Shown here one piece after another: positions 29,289 to 38,939 of a stretch of 64,000 nt of DNA. Positions within the stretch are counted from its first letter, which is position 1, and each line of letters begins with the position of its first letter. The notes under the pieces are model-generated. The model was not told the DNA's origin. It did no database searches and was given only the letters and a program-made list of their open reading frames with translations. Source of the DNA: an uncultured Candidatus Bathyarchaeia archaeon (GTDB taxonomy: Archaea; Thermoproteota; Bathyarchaeia; 40CM-2-53-6; DTDX01); contig CAZSNM010000001.1 in NCBI GenBank assembly GCA_964608455.1, positions 11,030-75,029 on the forward strand, given 5' to 3'. The translations under genes and the position numbers were made by a program.

Positions 29289-29822
29289 ATGGTGAAAATT
29301 TTGGATGAAAAAAAGAAGGAATTAATTAAAAATATAATTTTGATAATTATTGTTTTAGTTTCAGTTCAAATAGGATGGCAAATTTTAAAGCTTACATTAA
29401 ATACACAAGTTCCTTTAGCTTATGTTCCATCTAAAAGTATGGAACCAACCCTTAAGGTTGGAGATCTAGTTGTAATTAAGGGTGTTCTCCCTCAAGAAAT
29501 AAAGGAAGGTTCAATTATTGTGTTTTATGTTCCAGGACATTATGGTGAAGATGAATATAGAATAGTTCATAGAGTTATTAAAATAGTTAATTTAGGGGAG
29601 GAATTAGGTTTCGAAACTAAAGGAGATAACAATCCAATTTCAGATTATTATAGATGGGGGTATATCCCTTCATCTTATGTAATAGGCATCGTTATTTATA
29701 GAATTCCATATGTTGGTTATGCAGCTTTAGGAATTAGAAAACCAATTGGAATATTAATTGTTTCCCTTTTAATAATTGTTTTGTTATTTTCAGAGCTTTT
29801 TGAAACAAAAAAGATAAAATAA
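29289..29822 (+). CDS. Signal peptidase I (archaeal Sec11/S26B type)
   Basis: TM anchor followed by SKSMEPTLKVGDLVVIKG (catalytic Ser box). Confidence 0.8.
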   Translation: MVKILDEKKKELIKNIILIIIVLVSVQIGWQILKLTLNTQVPLAYVPSKSMEPTLKVGDLVVIKGVLPQEIKEGSIIVFYVPGHYGEDEYRIVHRVIKIVNLGEELGFETKGDNNPISDYYRWGYIPSSYVIGIVIYRIPYVGYAALGIRKPIGILIVSLLIIVLLFSELFETKKIK

Positions 29823-29881
29823 AAAGTTAGTTAAAAAGTTTAATAATCCTTTTAAGTTTGATTTAATAATGGGGATAAATT

Positions 29882-30445
29882 TTGTCAGAAAATTTAAATA
29901 ATGTAAATATAGAGAATGTTGTTGCTTCAGCCTTTTTAGATCAAAGGCTTGATTTAAATGCTATAGTTAGGCTTTTTCCCAATGTTGAATATAAACCTGA
30001 GCAGTTTCCAGGGTTAGTATATAGATTAAAAAAACCTAAAACAGCAACCTTAATTTTTGCTAGTGGAAAACTTGTTTGTACAGGAGCTAAATCTGAAAAT
30101 GAAGCGAGGAAAGCGGTGTTAAAAGTTATAGAGGATCTTAAAAAGAATGGATTAATGACTACTAGCAATGTTAATATTCAAATTCAAAATATTGTAGCTT
30201 CAGCTGAACTAAATGGAACAATAGATTTAGAAAAATCTATATATGCTCTTGAAAGAACAATGTATGAACCTGAGCAGTTTCCAGGGTTAATTTATAGAAT
30301 GGATAGCCCTAAAGTTGTTATGCTTCTTTTTGCTAGTGGAAAACTTGTTTGTACAGGAGCAAAAAAAGAATCGGAAGTTGTTGAAGCTGTGAATAAGCTT
30401 AAAAAAATTCTTGAGGAAAGGGGTCTTATAAAATATCGCAGTTAA
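29882..30445 (+). CDS. tbp: TATA-box binding protein
   Basis: Two direct repeats each contain EQFPGL(V/I)YR...ASGKLVCTGAK. TTG start. Confidence 0.95.
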   Translation: MSENLNNVNIENVVASAFLDQRLDLNAIVRLFPNVEYKPEQFPGLVYRLKKPKTATLIFASGKLVCTGAKSENEARKAVLKVIEDLKKNGLMTTSNVNIQIQNIVASAELNGTIDLEKSIYALERTMYEPEQFPGLIYRMDSPKVVMLLFASGKLVCTGAKKESEVVEAVNKLKKILEERGLIKYRS

Positions 30446-30454
30446 ACCTAAAAA

Positions 30455-30877
30455 TTAAAAAAGTAACTTATTTAATTTAGCTTCTAAAACATTTTTTGGT
30501 AAAGCTCCAACAATTCTATCAATTAACTCTCCATTTTTAAAAATTAAAAGCGTTGGAATACTCATTATACCAAATCTTCTTGCACTTTCAAAATTTTCAT
30601 CTACATTTAATTTTCCAAAAACGATTTTTCCAGCATATTCTTTAGCTAGTTGATCTATTATTGGAGCAATCATTCTACATGGACCGCACCATTCAGCCCA
30701 GCAATCTAAAACTACAATTGGATATTTATGAATAAAATCATCAACTTGTTTATCAACAACTTTAACAGGTTCTGTAGGAAAACTTTCTTCATGTTTATTC
30801 ATCTTTTTCATCAACTCTTTTAACTTTTTAATTTTTATGCGTTTAAGTTCATCATCTAATTCTTCTCCTTTTTTCAT
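30455..30877 (-). CDS. Thioredoxin (with N-terminal Lys/Glu-rich extension)
   Basis: WAEWCGPCRMIAP is the thioredoxin active site. Confidence 0.9.
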   Translation of the reverse strand: MKKGEELDDELKRIKIKKLKELMKKMNKHEESFPTEPVKVVDKQVDDFIHKYPIVVLDCWAEWCGPCRMIAPIIDQLAKEYAGKIVFGKLNVDENFESARRFGIMSIPTLLIFKNGELIDRIVGALPKNVLEAKLNKLLF

Positions 30878-30975
30878 AAACTCTATGAAGTTAGAAACGT
30901 GAATATAAAATTATCTTATATTTTTCTAAATTTTAACGAAAAAGTTAACTTTTAATAGAGGTTGAGTTTAAATTT

Positions 30976-31407
30976 ATGAAAAGGGAGTATCCTCTTCAAC
31001 CTTTAGTTGGCGTAACCGTATTAATTATTAATGAGAAAGAAGAAGTACTTCTTGTAAAAAGACGGAATGAACCTGGAAAAAATTTATGGTCTCTTCCAGG
31101 TGGGTTAATTGAGCTTGGAGAATCAATTAAAAAAACTGCTGAAAGAGAAGTTAAAGAAGAAACAGGCTTAAAAATTAAAGTTAGAAAGCTTTTAGATACA
31201 TTGGATGTCATTGTTAAAGATAAAAGCAATAAGATAAGATTTCATTATGTTTTAATAGTATTTTTAGCTTCATTAATTGGGGGACAACTAAAACTTTCTA
31301 ACGAACATTATGCTATTAAATGGGTTAGTATTAAAAAGGCTGAAACTTATAAACTTACAAAAACTTGTAGAAGGATATTAAGGAAATTTAAAAAATTAAA
31401 TTCTTAA
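30976..31407 (+). CDS. NUDIX hydrolase
   Basis: Nudix box GGLIELGESIKKTAEREVKEETGL. Confidence 0.85.
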   Translation: MKREYPLQPLVGVTVLIINEKEEVLLVKRRNEPGKNLWSLPGGLIELGESIKKTAEREVKEETGLKIKVRKLLDTLDVIVKDKSNKIRFHYVLIVFLASLIGGQLKLSNEHYAIKWVSIKKAETYKLTKTCRRILRKFKKLNS

Positions 31408-31677
31408 AAAACTCTATTATAGCCTTAATTAAAGCTAGGAAAGCCTTCCAAAAAAGTTGAAGAATCCATTTAAATAAAGTTAGTAAAACATTTTTAATTG
31501 CTTCAGTAAATTTTTGAATAAATTCTATTAAAATCATATTATTTTCATTCTATCCATTCTATCTATTTTAATTAAGCGGCTTCAGTCAAATGCCTTTCAA
31601 TCATCAATTCAACGTAACTTTGAAACATCATCGCCGCTAGTTAAATTTTATTTTTAAACCTTCTTTTTAATTTTTCG

Positions 31678-32769
31678 TTAAATTATAAAATTTTTTAATC
31701 CAGCTTCTTTAGCCAATTGAATAGCTCTAGCTTTTTCTTCATTTGTTAATCTTCTTCTTAATTCTGGAATTTCATATGCCCTCCATTCAGGTCTATATTG
31801 AAACATAATATTTACTCGTGTATTTTCCCCTAAATTTTTTGAAATCCAATTTAATATTGGTTTAACGCAACACTCTAAATGATTTGGTAAAACTAAAACT
31901 CTAATTATAAGTTCACCATAACTTTTTGCATAAAAATGGTTTTTTATACATGTTTCCCAATAGTTAGCAGCATCTGAAATTTTTAAAGCGCATTCTCCTG
32001 GGCCATATTTAAAATCAAGTAAATAAACATCGATGAAACCAGCTAATAATTTAGCTGTTTCAACGCTATAATAGGAGTTGCTATTCCAAACAACTGGAAC
32101 ATTAAGTTTCACATATTTAAATGTTTTAAGCCAGTTTGCTGTCCAAGGTGTTGGATCACCTCCCACCAAATTTGCGTTCCTGCAACCTGAAGCGCGAAGA
32201 TTATCAACTATTTGAGCTAAATCCTTATACCCATAATTTTTTCCCTCTTCAACCCATTGAGAAATGGTCCAGTTTTGGCAATGAAGACATCGCATTGTAC
32301 ATCCGCATGTAAATATTGTTCCTGAAGGAACTAGTTCAGGCTCCTCTCCAATATGCTCAAAAAATGTAGATACAGCCATGTCTATACCGCATTTACAATA
32401 ACCTTTTTCCCCAGCATATCTATTAACTTTACATCTTCTAACACAAAAACAGCACTCTTTAAGGATTCTTTCAGCAATCTCAATTTTTAAGTCAAGATAT
32501 GAATGAAAAGGGGGTTTTAAAACTTCGATCTCCTCTTTTTTCTCATCAACTTTTTTTCTAAACTCGTAAAATTCTTTAGTTAACTCTTCATGAATCTTCC
32601 ATAAATCTATTGTTGAATCCTCTTTTGAAAATTCTGCAGGAAAACTTTGGGCAATTTTAAAATTAGCATATTTTTTATTCTGAAGGACATCAAAATATCT
32701 TGCTAAGCTTTCTTTACATTTTTGATCTTTTAAAACAGCTAGAGAATCAGGTCTTAAAAGCATCCACAA
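31678..32769 (-). CDS. Radical SAM protein of the PflX / pyruvate formate-lyase activating enzyme-like family
   Basis: CTMRCLHCQNW is a Cx3Cx2C-QN radical SAM cluster motif. There is an additional N-terminal Cys cluster (CCFCVRRC...YCKCG). Confidence 0.75.
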   Translation of the reverse strand: MWMLLRPDSLAVLKDQKCKESLARYFDVLQNKKYANFKIAQSFPAEFSKEDSTIDLWKIHEELTKEFYEFRKKVDEKKEEIEVLKPPFHSYLDLKIEIAERILKECCFCVRRCKVNRYAGEKGYCKCGIDMAVSTFFEHIGEEPELVPSGTIFTCGCTMRCLHCQNWTISQWVEEGKNYGYKDLAQIVDNLRASGCRNANLVGGDPTPWTANWLKTFKYVKLNVPVVWNSNSYYSVETAKLLAGFIDVYLLDFKYGPGECALKISDAANYWETCIKNHFYAKSYGELIIRVLVLPNHLECCVKPILNWISKNLGENTRVNIMFQYRPEWRAYEIPELRRRLTNEEKARAIQLAKEAGLKNFII

Positions 32770-32879
32770 ACCAGTCTTTCACCTAAAAAGTCTTTATTCT
32801 TTATTATTTTTAAGGAAAAGGCTATATTTATTTATATATAGCTTTTTTAGCAAAACAAATAAGCTTGGTGAATTGAAAA

Positions 32880-33761
32880 ATGGTTGAAATATTAATTGGA
32901 CCAGCCTCTAAAGAATTGGGAGTGAAAGTAACTCAAGAATTAAATTTGAAATCTATTTTAGTTGAATCAAAAGTTTTTCCTGATGGTGAATCATATATTA
33001 GAATTCCAGAGGAAAAAATTGATAAAAAAGTAATTTTGATTCAATCAACTTATCCTCCGCAAAATAAGCATTTAATAGAACTTTTTTTAATGCTTGATGC
33101 TGCAAAAGATTTAGGAGCTGAAAAAATAACTGCAGTTGTACCATATTTAGCTTATGCTAGACAAGATAAAAGGTTTAGACCTGGAGAAGCTATAAGCGTT
33201 AAAGCTTTAGCAAAACTTATAGAGAAGGCTGGAGCAGATAAATTTATAACATTTAATATTCATAAAGAAAAGAGTTTAGAGTTTTTCAACATTAACTCAA
33301 TAAATTTATCAGGTGCACCAGCTATAGGAAGTTACCTTCTTCAAAAAGGGGTGGTAAACCCATATATTGTAGCACCTGATGAAGGTGCTTATAATTTAGC
33401 TTTAGAAGTCTCTAAAATATTAAATTGTGAATGCACATATTTTGAAAAGAAAAGAGATAGAATTACAGGTGCTATAAAAACTGAAGCTAAAGAATTAGAT
33501 ATTAAAGGAAAAACAGCAATCATAGTTGATGATATTATCTCAACAGGTTCAACAATAGCTAATGTAGCTGAAATCCTTAAAAGTCAAGGTGCAAAGAAAA
33601 TTTATGCTGTATGCATTCACCCAATCTTAATTAATGATGCTCAAAATAGAATGAAAATGGCTGGGGTAGATGAAATTTTAGGAACAGATTGCATCCCGAG
33701 CGAAATAAGCAAAATTACTGTATCTAAAGTTTTAGCGGAGGCTTTAAAAAGGGAATTGTGA
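32880..33761 (+). CDS. prs: Ribose-phosphate pyrophosphokinase (PRPP synthetase)
   Basis: PRPP-binding loop IIVDDIISTGSTI. Size is 293 aa. Confidence 0.9.
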   Translation: MVEILIGPASKELGVKVTQELNLKSILVESKVFPDGESYIRIPEEKIDKKVILIQSTYPPQNKHLIELFLMLDAAKDLGAEKITAVVPYLAYARQDKRFRPGEAISVKALAKLIEKAGADKFITFNIHKEKSLEFFNINSINLSGAPAIGSYLLQKGVVNPYIVAPDEGAYNLALEVSKILNCECTYFEKKRDRITGAIKTEAKELDIKGKTAIIVDDIISTGSTIANVAEILKSQGAKKIYAVCIHPILINDAQNRMKMAGVDEILGTDCIPSEISKITVSKVLAEALKREL

Positions 33762-34801
33762 AAAACGAAATATTCTTTATTCTTTCAGGGGAACACCCTA
33801 CTCTTCCTAAAGCCGAGGTAAAAGCTACTCTTGAAGCTGAAAATTTTTCAGGAGAGATACTTGAGACTCTTCAAAGATTAATTATTTGTAGCTGTTATGA
33901 TGGAGGAAAATGGAGTAAAAAAATTGGTGAAAGAAGTGGAATGTGCAAAACTTCAGGCATAAAAATTTTTGAATCTTCTTTTGATTTAAAGGAAATTGCA
34001 AATTACATTCAAGAAGCTAAACTTGAAGCTATCTTAAAACCTAAAGAAACATTTGCCATCAGAATTATTAATTTAACTAACGAAAAGATAAATCGCCTTC
34101 AATTAGAAAGGCTTTTAGGAAGCTTAATTATTAAAAAAATTAGTGAATTGAAAGTTAACTTAGAAAATCCTGATAAAACTATATTGGGAATATTAATTAA
34201 AGATAGATTTTTGTTAGGAATTGAAACATATCAAAAACCTAAAGGTTCAATAGCTGAAAGAAGCCCTAAAAAAAGGCCAGTAACTCATGCAGCAACAATG
34301 AAACCTAAATTGGCTAGATGCATGGTAAATTTAAGCAGGGCTCAATCAAAAAAACTTTTCTTAGATCCATTTTGTGGAGTTGGAGGTTTACTTATTGAGG
34401 CCGGATTAATTGGATGCAAATTAATTGGTTGCGATATAAAATTATCAATGGTTAAAGGCGCTTTAAAAAATTTGCTCTTCTTTGGTTTAATTCCTGAAGG
34501 ACTTTTTCAAGCCGATGCAAGACATCTTCCATTTAACTCAATTTCAAGTATAGCTACGGATCCACCTTATGGAACATCTGCAACAACTTTAAAAATTCCT
34601 TTAAAGATTTTACTTAAAGATTTTCTTTTTGAAGCTTTAAAAGTTTTAGAACCTGGAGGATTCATTTGTTTAGCTTCTCCTAAGGATGTTGAAGTTGAAG
34701 AAATTGGAGAGAAAGTTGGATTTAAATTAATTGAAAAACATGAAATTTACATTCATAAAAAATTAACTAGAGAAATAGTTGTTTTAAGAAAAAATTGTTA
34801 A
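33758..34801 (+). CDS. THUMP-domain tRNA (guanine-N2)-methyltransferase (Trm11/Trm14-like)
   Basis: SAM motif I LDPFCGVGGLLIEAG and motif IV DPPYG, with an N-terminal THUMP-like region. Confidence 0.75.
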   Translation: MKNEIFFILSGEHPTLPKAEVKATLEAENFSGEILETLQRLIICSCYDGGKWSKKIGERSGMCKTSGIKIFESSFDLKEIANYIQEAKLEAILKPKETFAIRIINLTNEKINRLQLERLLGSLIIKKISELKVNLENPDKTILGILIKDRFLLGIETYQKPKGSIAERSPKKRPVTHAATMKPKLARCMVNLSRAQSKKLFLDPFCGVGGLLIEAGLIGCKLIGCDIKLSMVKGALKNLLFFGLIPEGLFQADARHLPFNSISSIATDPPYGTSATTLKIPLKILLKDFLFEALKVLEPGGFICLASPKDVEVEEIGEKVGFKLIEKHEIYIHKKLTREIVVLRKNC

Positions 34802-34822
34802 AAATTTTGAAGGGAAAGAAAC

Positions 34823-35722
34823 ATGGAAGTTATTTTTTTAGGTTCAGGAGGAAGCTTACCAACCAAAAAAAGAAATCTTCCATGCATATTGATTAAACGG
34901 GAAAGCGAATTATTAATGTTTGATTGTGGAGAAGCAACTCAAAAACAATTTTTTTCCATTAAAGCTGGAGTAAATAAGGATATGAAAATATTTATTAGTC
35001 ATATGCATGGTGATCATGTTTTAGGATTACCTGGTTTAATTCAATCATTTTCTCTTCTTGGAAGAGAAAAAAAACTTGAAATTTATGGACCCAAAGGAAT
35101 TAAAAAATTTTTAAATTGCATAAAAAGAACTGTACCTTTTAATTTATCATTCAAAATTAATATTCATGAAGTGGATGAAGGAAAAATTTTGGATGAAAAA
35201 AGCTATATTATTGAGGCTGCATGGGCAAATCATACAATTCCATGTTTAAGCTTTGCTTTAATAGAAAAACCTAAACCTGGAAAGTTTAATCCTGAAAAAG
35301 CTAAAAAACTTGGAATTCCTGAAGGACCACTTTGGAAAAAACTTCAAATGGGTGAATCAATTAAATTAGGTTCAAAAATAATTGAATCTAAAGAAGTTGT
35401 TGGACCACCTAGACCTGGAGCAAAAATAGTTTATTCAAGCGATACTAGACCCTGTAAAACTATAGAGAAACTTTCTAAAAATGCTGATTTGCTTATTTTT
35501 GATAGCACGTTTGATGATTCTAAAAAAAATAAAGCTAAAGAATATGGTCACTCGACTTGTGTCCAAGCAGCTGAAATCGCGAAAAAAGCCAAGGTTAAAA
35601 AGTTAATTTTAACTCATTTAAGCCCAATTTATGAAGAGCATGAAGAAGAATTAATTAATCAAGCAAGAAAAATTTTTAAAGAAACGATTTTAGCTGAAGA
35701 TTTTATGAAAATAACTATTTAA
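34823..35722 (+). CDS. rnz: Ribonuclease Z (tRNA 3' endonuclease)
   Basis: Metallo-beta-lactamase motif HMHGDHVLGLPGL. The N-terminus FLGSGGSLPTKKRNLPCILI is typical of RNase Z. Confidence 0.9.
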   Translation: MEVIFLGSGGSLPTKKRNLPCILIKRESELLMFDCGEATQKQFFSIKAGVNKDMKIFISHMHGDHVLGLPGLIQSFSLLGREKKLEIYGPKGIKKFLNCIKRTVPFNLSFKINIHEVDEGKILDEKSYIIEAAWANHTIPCLSFALIEKPKPGKFNPEKAKKLGIPEGPLWKKLQMGESIKLGSKIIESKEVVGPPRPGAKIVYSSDTRPCKTIEKLSKNADLLIFDSTFDDSKKNKAKEYGHSTCVQAAEIAKKAKVKKLILTHLSPIYEEHEEELINQARKIFKETILAEDFMKITI

Positions 35723-35777
35723 TTTTAGGCTTAACATTATTTAAAATATTTGGGGAAACCAACTTAGAAAGGGGTGA

Positions 35778-36569
35778 ATGCATTTGAAATTCTCGATTTG
35801 GGTTTCCCCAAAATTAAGAAAAGCTTATCTTCAACTTTCAAAAAAATTAAAATCCTCTTATGCTGACTTAATTTTGCTTCCTTTTCCTAAACGTCTTACA
35901 ATATTTTTAAAAGATTTAATTAATGGAGCCCCGTATGATCTATTTCTTAAAAAGATTGTTGAAGAAGAAAAAATTTTTTATTCAATTAACATATTTAACT
36001 ATTTTTATGAAGAAATTTTAAAGGTATGCAAGGAATTAAAGAAAATAAATCCAAAACTTGAGTTAAATTGTTATAAAGAAGATGAAAATATGCTTTTTCA
36101 AATTCAATCGGCTGTAAAATTTTCTATTTTAACTTTTAAAGCTGCTTCTACAAGTAAAATAAATTTAGATGAATGGCTTCATGTATTAACTGAAAATTTA
36201 AGGGAAACCAAAGAATATTTAGATAGAGAAACTGAATTCATAGAAAAGCAAGCTCAAAAATATGATAATATTATATGTTTAGCCAATTTTGAGGGGAAAT
36301 ATTATTTTCAACATTTAAAAAATAAGTTTCCTGTGGAAATTCAATATTTTGCTCTTCCATATCATTTTACTCCATTAGAAATTTTAACTACATTTTTAAA
36401 TCTTAAAAGGGAAATAGATGATGAAAAAATTATGCAGTTTATTAAATCTCACATAGATTACATTAGAAACTATGTTCTTACATGCGATAATTTAGATGAA
36501 GCCTATGAAAAATGGGTTAATGAAAATGTTAATTGGATTAATGCATGGAAAAAATTTAAAAATAATTGA
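35778..36569 (+). CDS. Hypothetical protein (263 aa) immediately upstream of the cdv cluster
   Basis: Intact ORF with no motif I recognise. The composition is that of a soluble, Lys/Glu-rich protein. Confidence 0.4.
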   Translation: MHLKFSIWVSPKLRKAYLQLSKKLKSSYADLILLPFPKRLTIFLKDLINGAPYDLFLKKIVEEEKIFYSINIFNYFYEEILKVCKELKKINPKLELNCYKEDENMLFQIQSAVKFSILTFKAASTSKINLDEWLHVLTENLRETKEYLDRETEFIEKQAQKYDNIICLANFEGKYYFQHLKNKFPVEIQYFALPYHFTPLEILTTFLNLKREIDDEKIMQFIKSHIDYIRNYVLTCDNLDEAYEKWVNENVNWINAWKKFKNN

Positions 36570-36805
36570 GTATCTGCTTTAAAAAATTATATGTCATAGC
36601 ATTTATAACTTTTATAATTTACATCATTTACATTTAAGCTTTTTATTTCTTTCAACAAAAAACAATTATCGTTTTATTAAGATTTAAATGTGAAAAATTT
36701 CATCTGTAACTTCTCCATTTTTTTACAAGTTCTTTAAACTAAACTTAATTTAAATTCTAAGTCGACAAGTTATCAACTCGAAGCGTTTTGGAGGTAAAAT
36801 AACGC

Positions 36806-37459
36806 TTGTCAAAAAGGATAATCAAAAGTTGGAATGGTTCAGACTCTATATTTACAAGATTTAGTGAGAAAATCCGCGGTAGAAAACCAACTCTTAAAGA
36901 AAAAGTTTCTCAAGCCATTTATCGATTAAAAGTTCAAAGAACTAAGCTGGAAAATGCTGCTGCTAGAATAGAAAATCATGATAAATCTTTATTTGAAAAA
37001 ATTGTTAAAGCTCAAATGGCTAAAGACTCTGCTAGAGCCATAATGTATGCTAATGAATGCGTGGAATTAAGAAAAATTGCAAAAACAACTTTACGTTGTC
37101 AATTAGCTCTTGAAAAAGTTCTTTTAAGGCTTGAGACAATTAAAGATTTTGGTGATGTTGCATCGCTTATGGCGCCTGTAGTAGATGTTGTTCAAGCAAT
37201 AAAAACTGAAATTTCAGGTATTATGCCTGAAGTAGCTTTTGAACTTGGTGAAGTTGGAGAAGTGTTAGGGGACGTTGTAACTGAAATGGGTGAAGCTGCT
37301 GGAATAGGCGAGGAGGACCTTCATCCATCAAGTGAAGCTATGAAAATAATTGAGGAAGCTAACGCTGTAGCTGAGCAAAAAATGAAGGAAAAATTCCCAG
37401 AATTACCTTTACAAGTTGCACCAAATCTAGAGGAATCTTCAGCTACAAAATTAAAGTAG
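36806..37459 (+). CDS. ESCRT-III (Snf7/CdvB-family) paralog
   Basis: Conserved ESCRT-III core shared with the two other paralogs (SQAIYRL...YANEC(A/V)E(I/L)RKIAK...QLALEKV). The C-terminus has a KFPELP proline motif (MIM2-like). TTG start behind GGAGGT. Confidence 0.8.
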   Translation: MSKRIIKSWNGSDSIFTRFSEKIRGRKPTLKEKVSQAIYRLKVQRTKLENAAARIENHDKSLFEKIVKAQMAKDSARAIMYANECVELRKIAKTTLRCQLALEKVLLRLETIKDFGDVASLMAPVVDVVQAIKTEISGIMPEVAFELGEVGEVLGDVVTEMGEAAGIGEEDLHPSSEAMKIIEEANAVAEQKMKEKFPELPLQVAPNLEESSATKLK

Positions 37460-37470
37460 AGGTTAAAAAA

Positions 37471-38145
37471 TTGAATATTGAAGAAGCCAAAAATAATATT
37501 GGAAAAGAAGTTTTTGACTCTAGAGGAAGAAAAATTGGTAGATTAATATCTTTTTGCACAGACCTTAGGGGGAACCCTATTAAATTCTTAATAGAGCTTG
37601 TTACTGGTGACTTCATTCAATGTACTGTTGAGCAGCTTCAGCAAAAGGAAAACGTTTTAACTTATCTTTATTCATGGGAAGTTAATGCTAATAACTTAAA
37701 GAATAGATTTGATTTAGTTTCAAGAAGAATTAAAGCTTTAGAAGAGCTTTATGCCAATGGTGAAATAGAAAAAGAAATTTATTTAGAGCTTAAAAACAGG
37801 CATGAAAGCTCTTTGGAAGAATTAGAGGAGCAAAGAAAACTTTTAATAGATAAACTTTATGAAAGAAAAACCAAACTGGATCTTAAAATAAAAGCTTTGG
37901 AACTTTTCTTAGCTAATAGCAAAATGCAGCAATCTTCAGGAGAAATTAGTGGGGAAGCCTTTAAAGTAGCTCTAGAATCAATAAATATTGGATTGAAAAG
38001 AGCAATCTCAGAAAGAAATTATATTAAAGAAATGGTTGACTTCTTAAGCAATGTTAAAATTTCAAGCGTTACTTCCTTAAAAACTCCAGGTTTAAAGCCT
38101 CTAACTGAAGATGTTGTTTTAGTTAAGTTAAAAGAACCAACTTAA
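37471..38145 (+). CDS. cdvA: CdvA-like protein (PRC-barrel + coiled coil)
   Basis: The N-terminus NIGKEVFDSRGRKIGRLISF is PRC-barrel-like and is followed by a long heptad-rich region. The gene is positioned directly upstream of the wH-containing ESCRT-III and Vps4, as in cdvABC operons. TTG start. Confidence 0.65.
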   Translation: MNIEEAKNNIGKEVFDSRGRKIGRLISFCTDLRGNPIKFLIELVTGDFIQCTVEQLQQKENVLTYLYSWEVNANNLKNRFDLVSRRIKALEELYANGEIEKEIYLELKNRHESSLEELEEQRKLLIDKLYERKTKLDLKIKALELFLANSKMQQSSGEISGEAFKVALESINIGLKRAISERNYIKEMVDFLSNVKISSVTSLKTPGLKPLTEDVVLVKLKEPT

Positions 38146-38160
38146 AAGGAGGATTAAACT

Positions 38161-38937
38161 ATTTCAATAATTCGAAAAATAAGCAGTAAATTTAAACCTA
38201 CACCATTAAAAGAAAAGATTTCCCAAGCGATTTATAGGCTTGATGCTCAAAAAGAAAAGCTTGAACAAATGAGTTTTCTTCTTCAACAAAGAGATAGGGA
38301 AATGTTTCAAAAATGTATTGAAGCTCAATTTGCTAGAGATATTCCAAGAGCTAGAATTTATGCTAATGAATGTGCTGAAATAAGAAAAATTGCTAGAATA
38401 GTATTAAGCAGTCAATTAGCTTTAGAAAGAGTTATTTTAAGGCTTCAAACAATCGAGCAGTTTGGAGAAGTTCTTACTCAAATAGCACCTGTAATAGATG
38501 TGGTTGAGGAAATGAAAGATAAAGTATCAGGCTTAATTCCTGAAGTTGCTAATGAACTTGATCAAGTAAATTCAATGCTTAGAGATATGAGTTTAGAAGC
38601 TGGAGAAATCGAATCTGAAAATATAGATGTTGAAGCAGCTAATGAGGAAGCTAAAAAAATAATGTTGGAATCCATGGCTATTGCTGAAGAAAAAATGAAA
38701 GAAACATTTCCAGATATTAAAGATTTACAAATGAGTAAAATGAGGGTCATTCCAATTTCTGAAGGGGGAGAAGATTTAAAAAGAATGAATCTTGAAGAAC
38801 TTGTTTTAGAATATATTAAAAGCAACAATGGTTACTTAAGCATTTCTAAATGCGCTTCAACATTAGGTGTTTCACCAAAAAAAATTAAGGAAACTGTAGA
38901 GAAATTAAAAAACAATGGGAAAATAATTTTTGAGTAA
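38161..38937 (+). CDS. cdvB: CdvB (ESCRT-III with C-terminal winged-helix domain). The N-terminus is probably extended upstream of the ATG at 38269 used by the ORF track.
   Basis: ESCRT-III core plus a C-terminal wH-like segment, LEELVLEYIKSNNGYLSISKCASTLGVSPKKIKETVEKLKNNGKIIFE. In-frame sequence upstream of the ATG (ISIIRKISSKFKPTPLKEKISQAIYRL) aligns with the N-termini of both paralogs. AGGAGGA lies 8 nt before an ATT codon at 38161. Confidence 0.7.
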   Translation: MSIIRKISSKFKPTPLKEKISQAIYRLDAQKEKLEQMSFLLQQRDREMFQKCIEAQFARDIPRARIYANECAEIRKIARIVLSSQLALERVILRLQTIEQFGEVLTQIAPVIDVVEEMKDKVSGLIPEVANELDQVNSMLRDMSLEAGEIESENIDVEAANEEAKKIMLESMAIAEEKMKETFPDIKDLQMSKMRVIPISEGGEDLKRMNLEELVLEYIKSNNGYLSISKCASTLGVSPKKIKETVEKLKNNGKIIFE

Positions 38938-38939
38938 AG

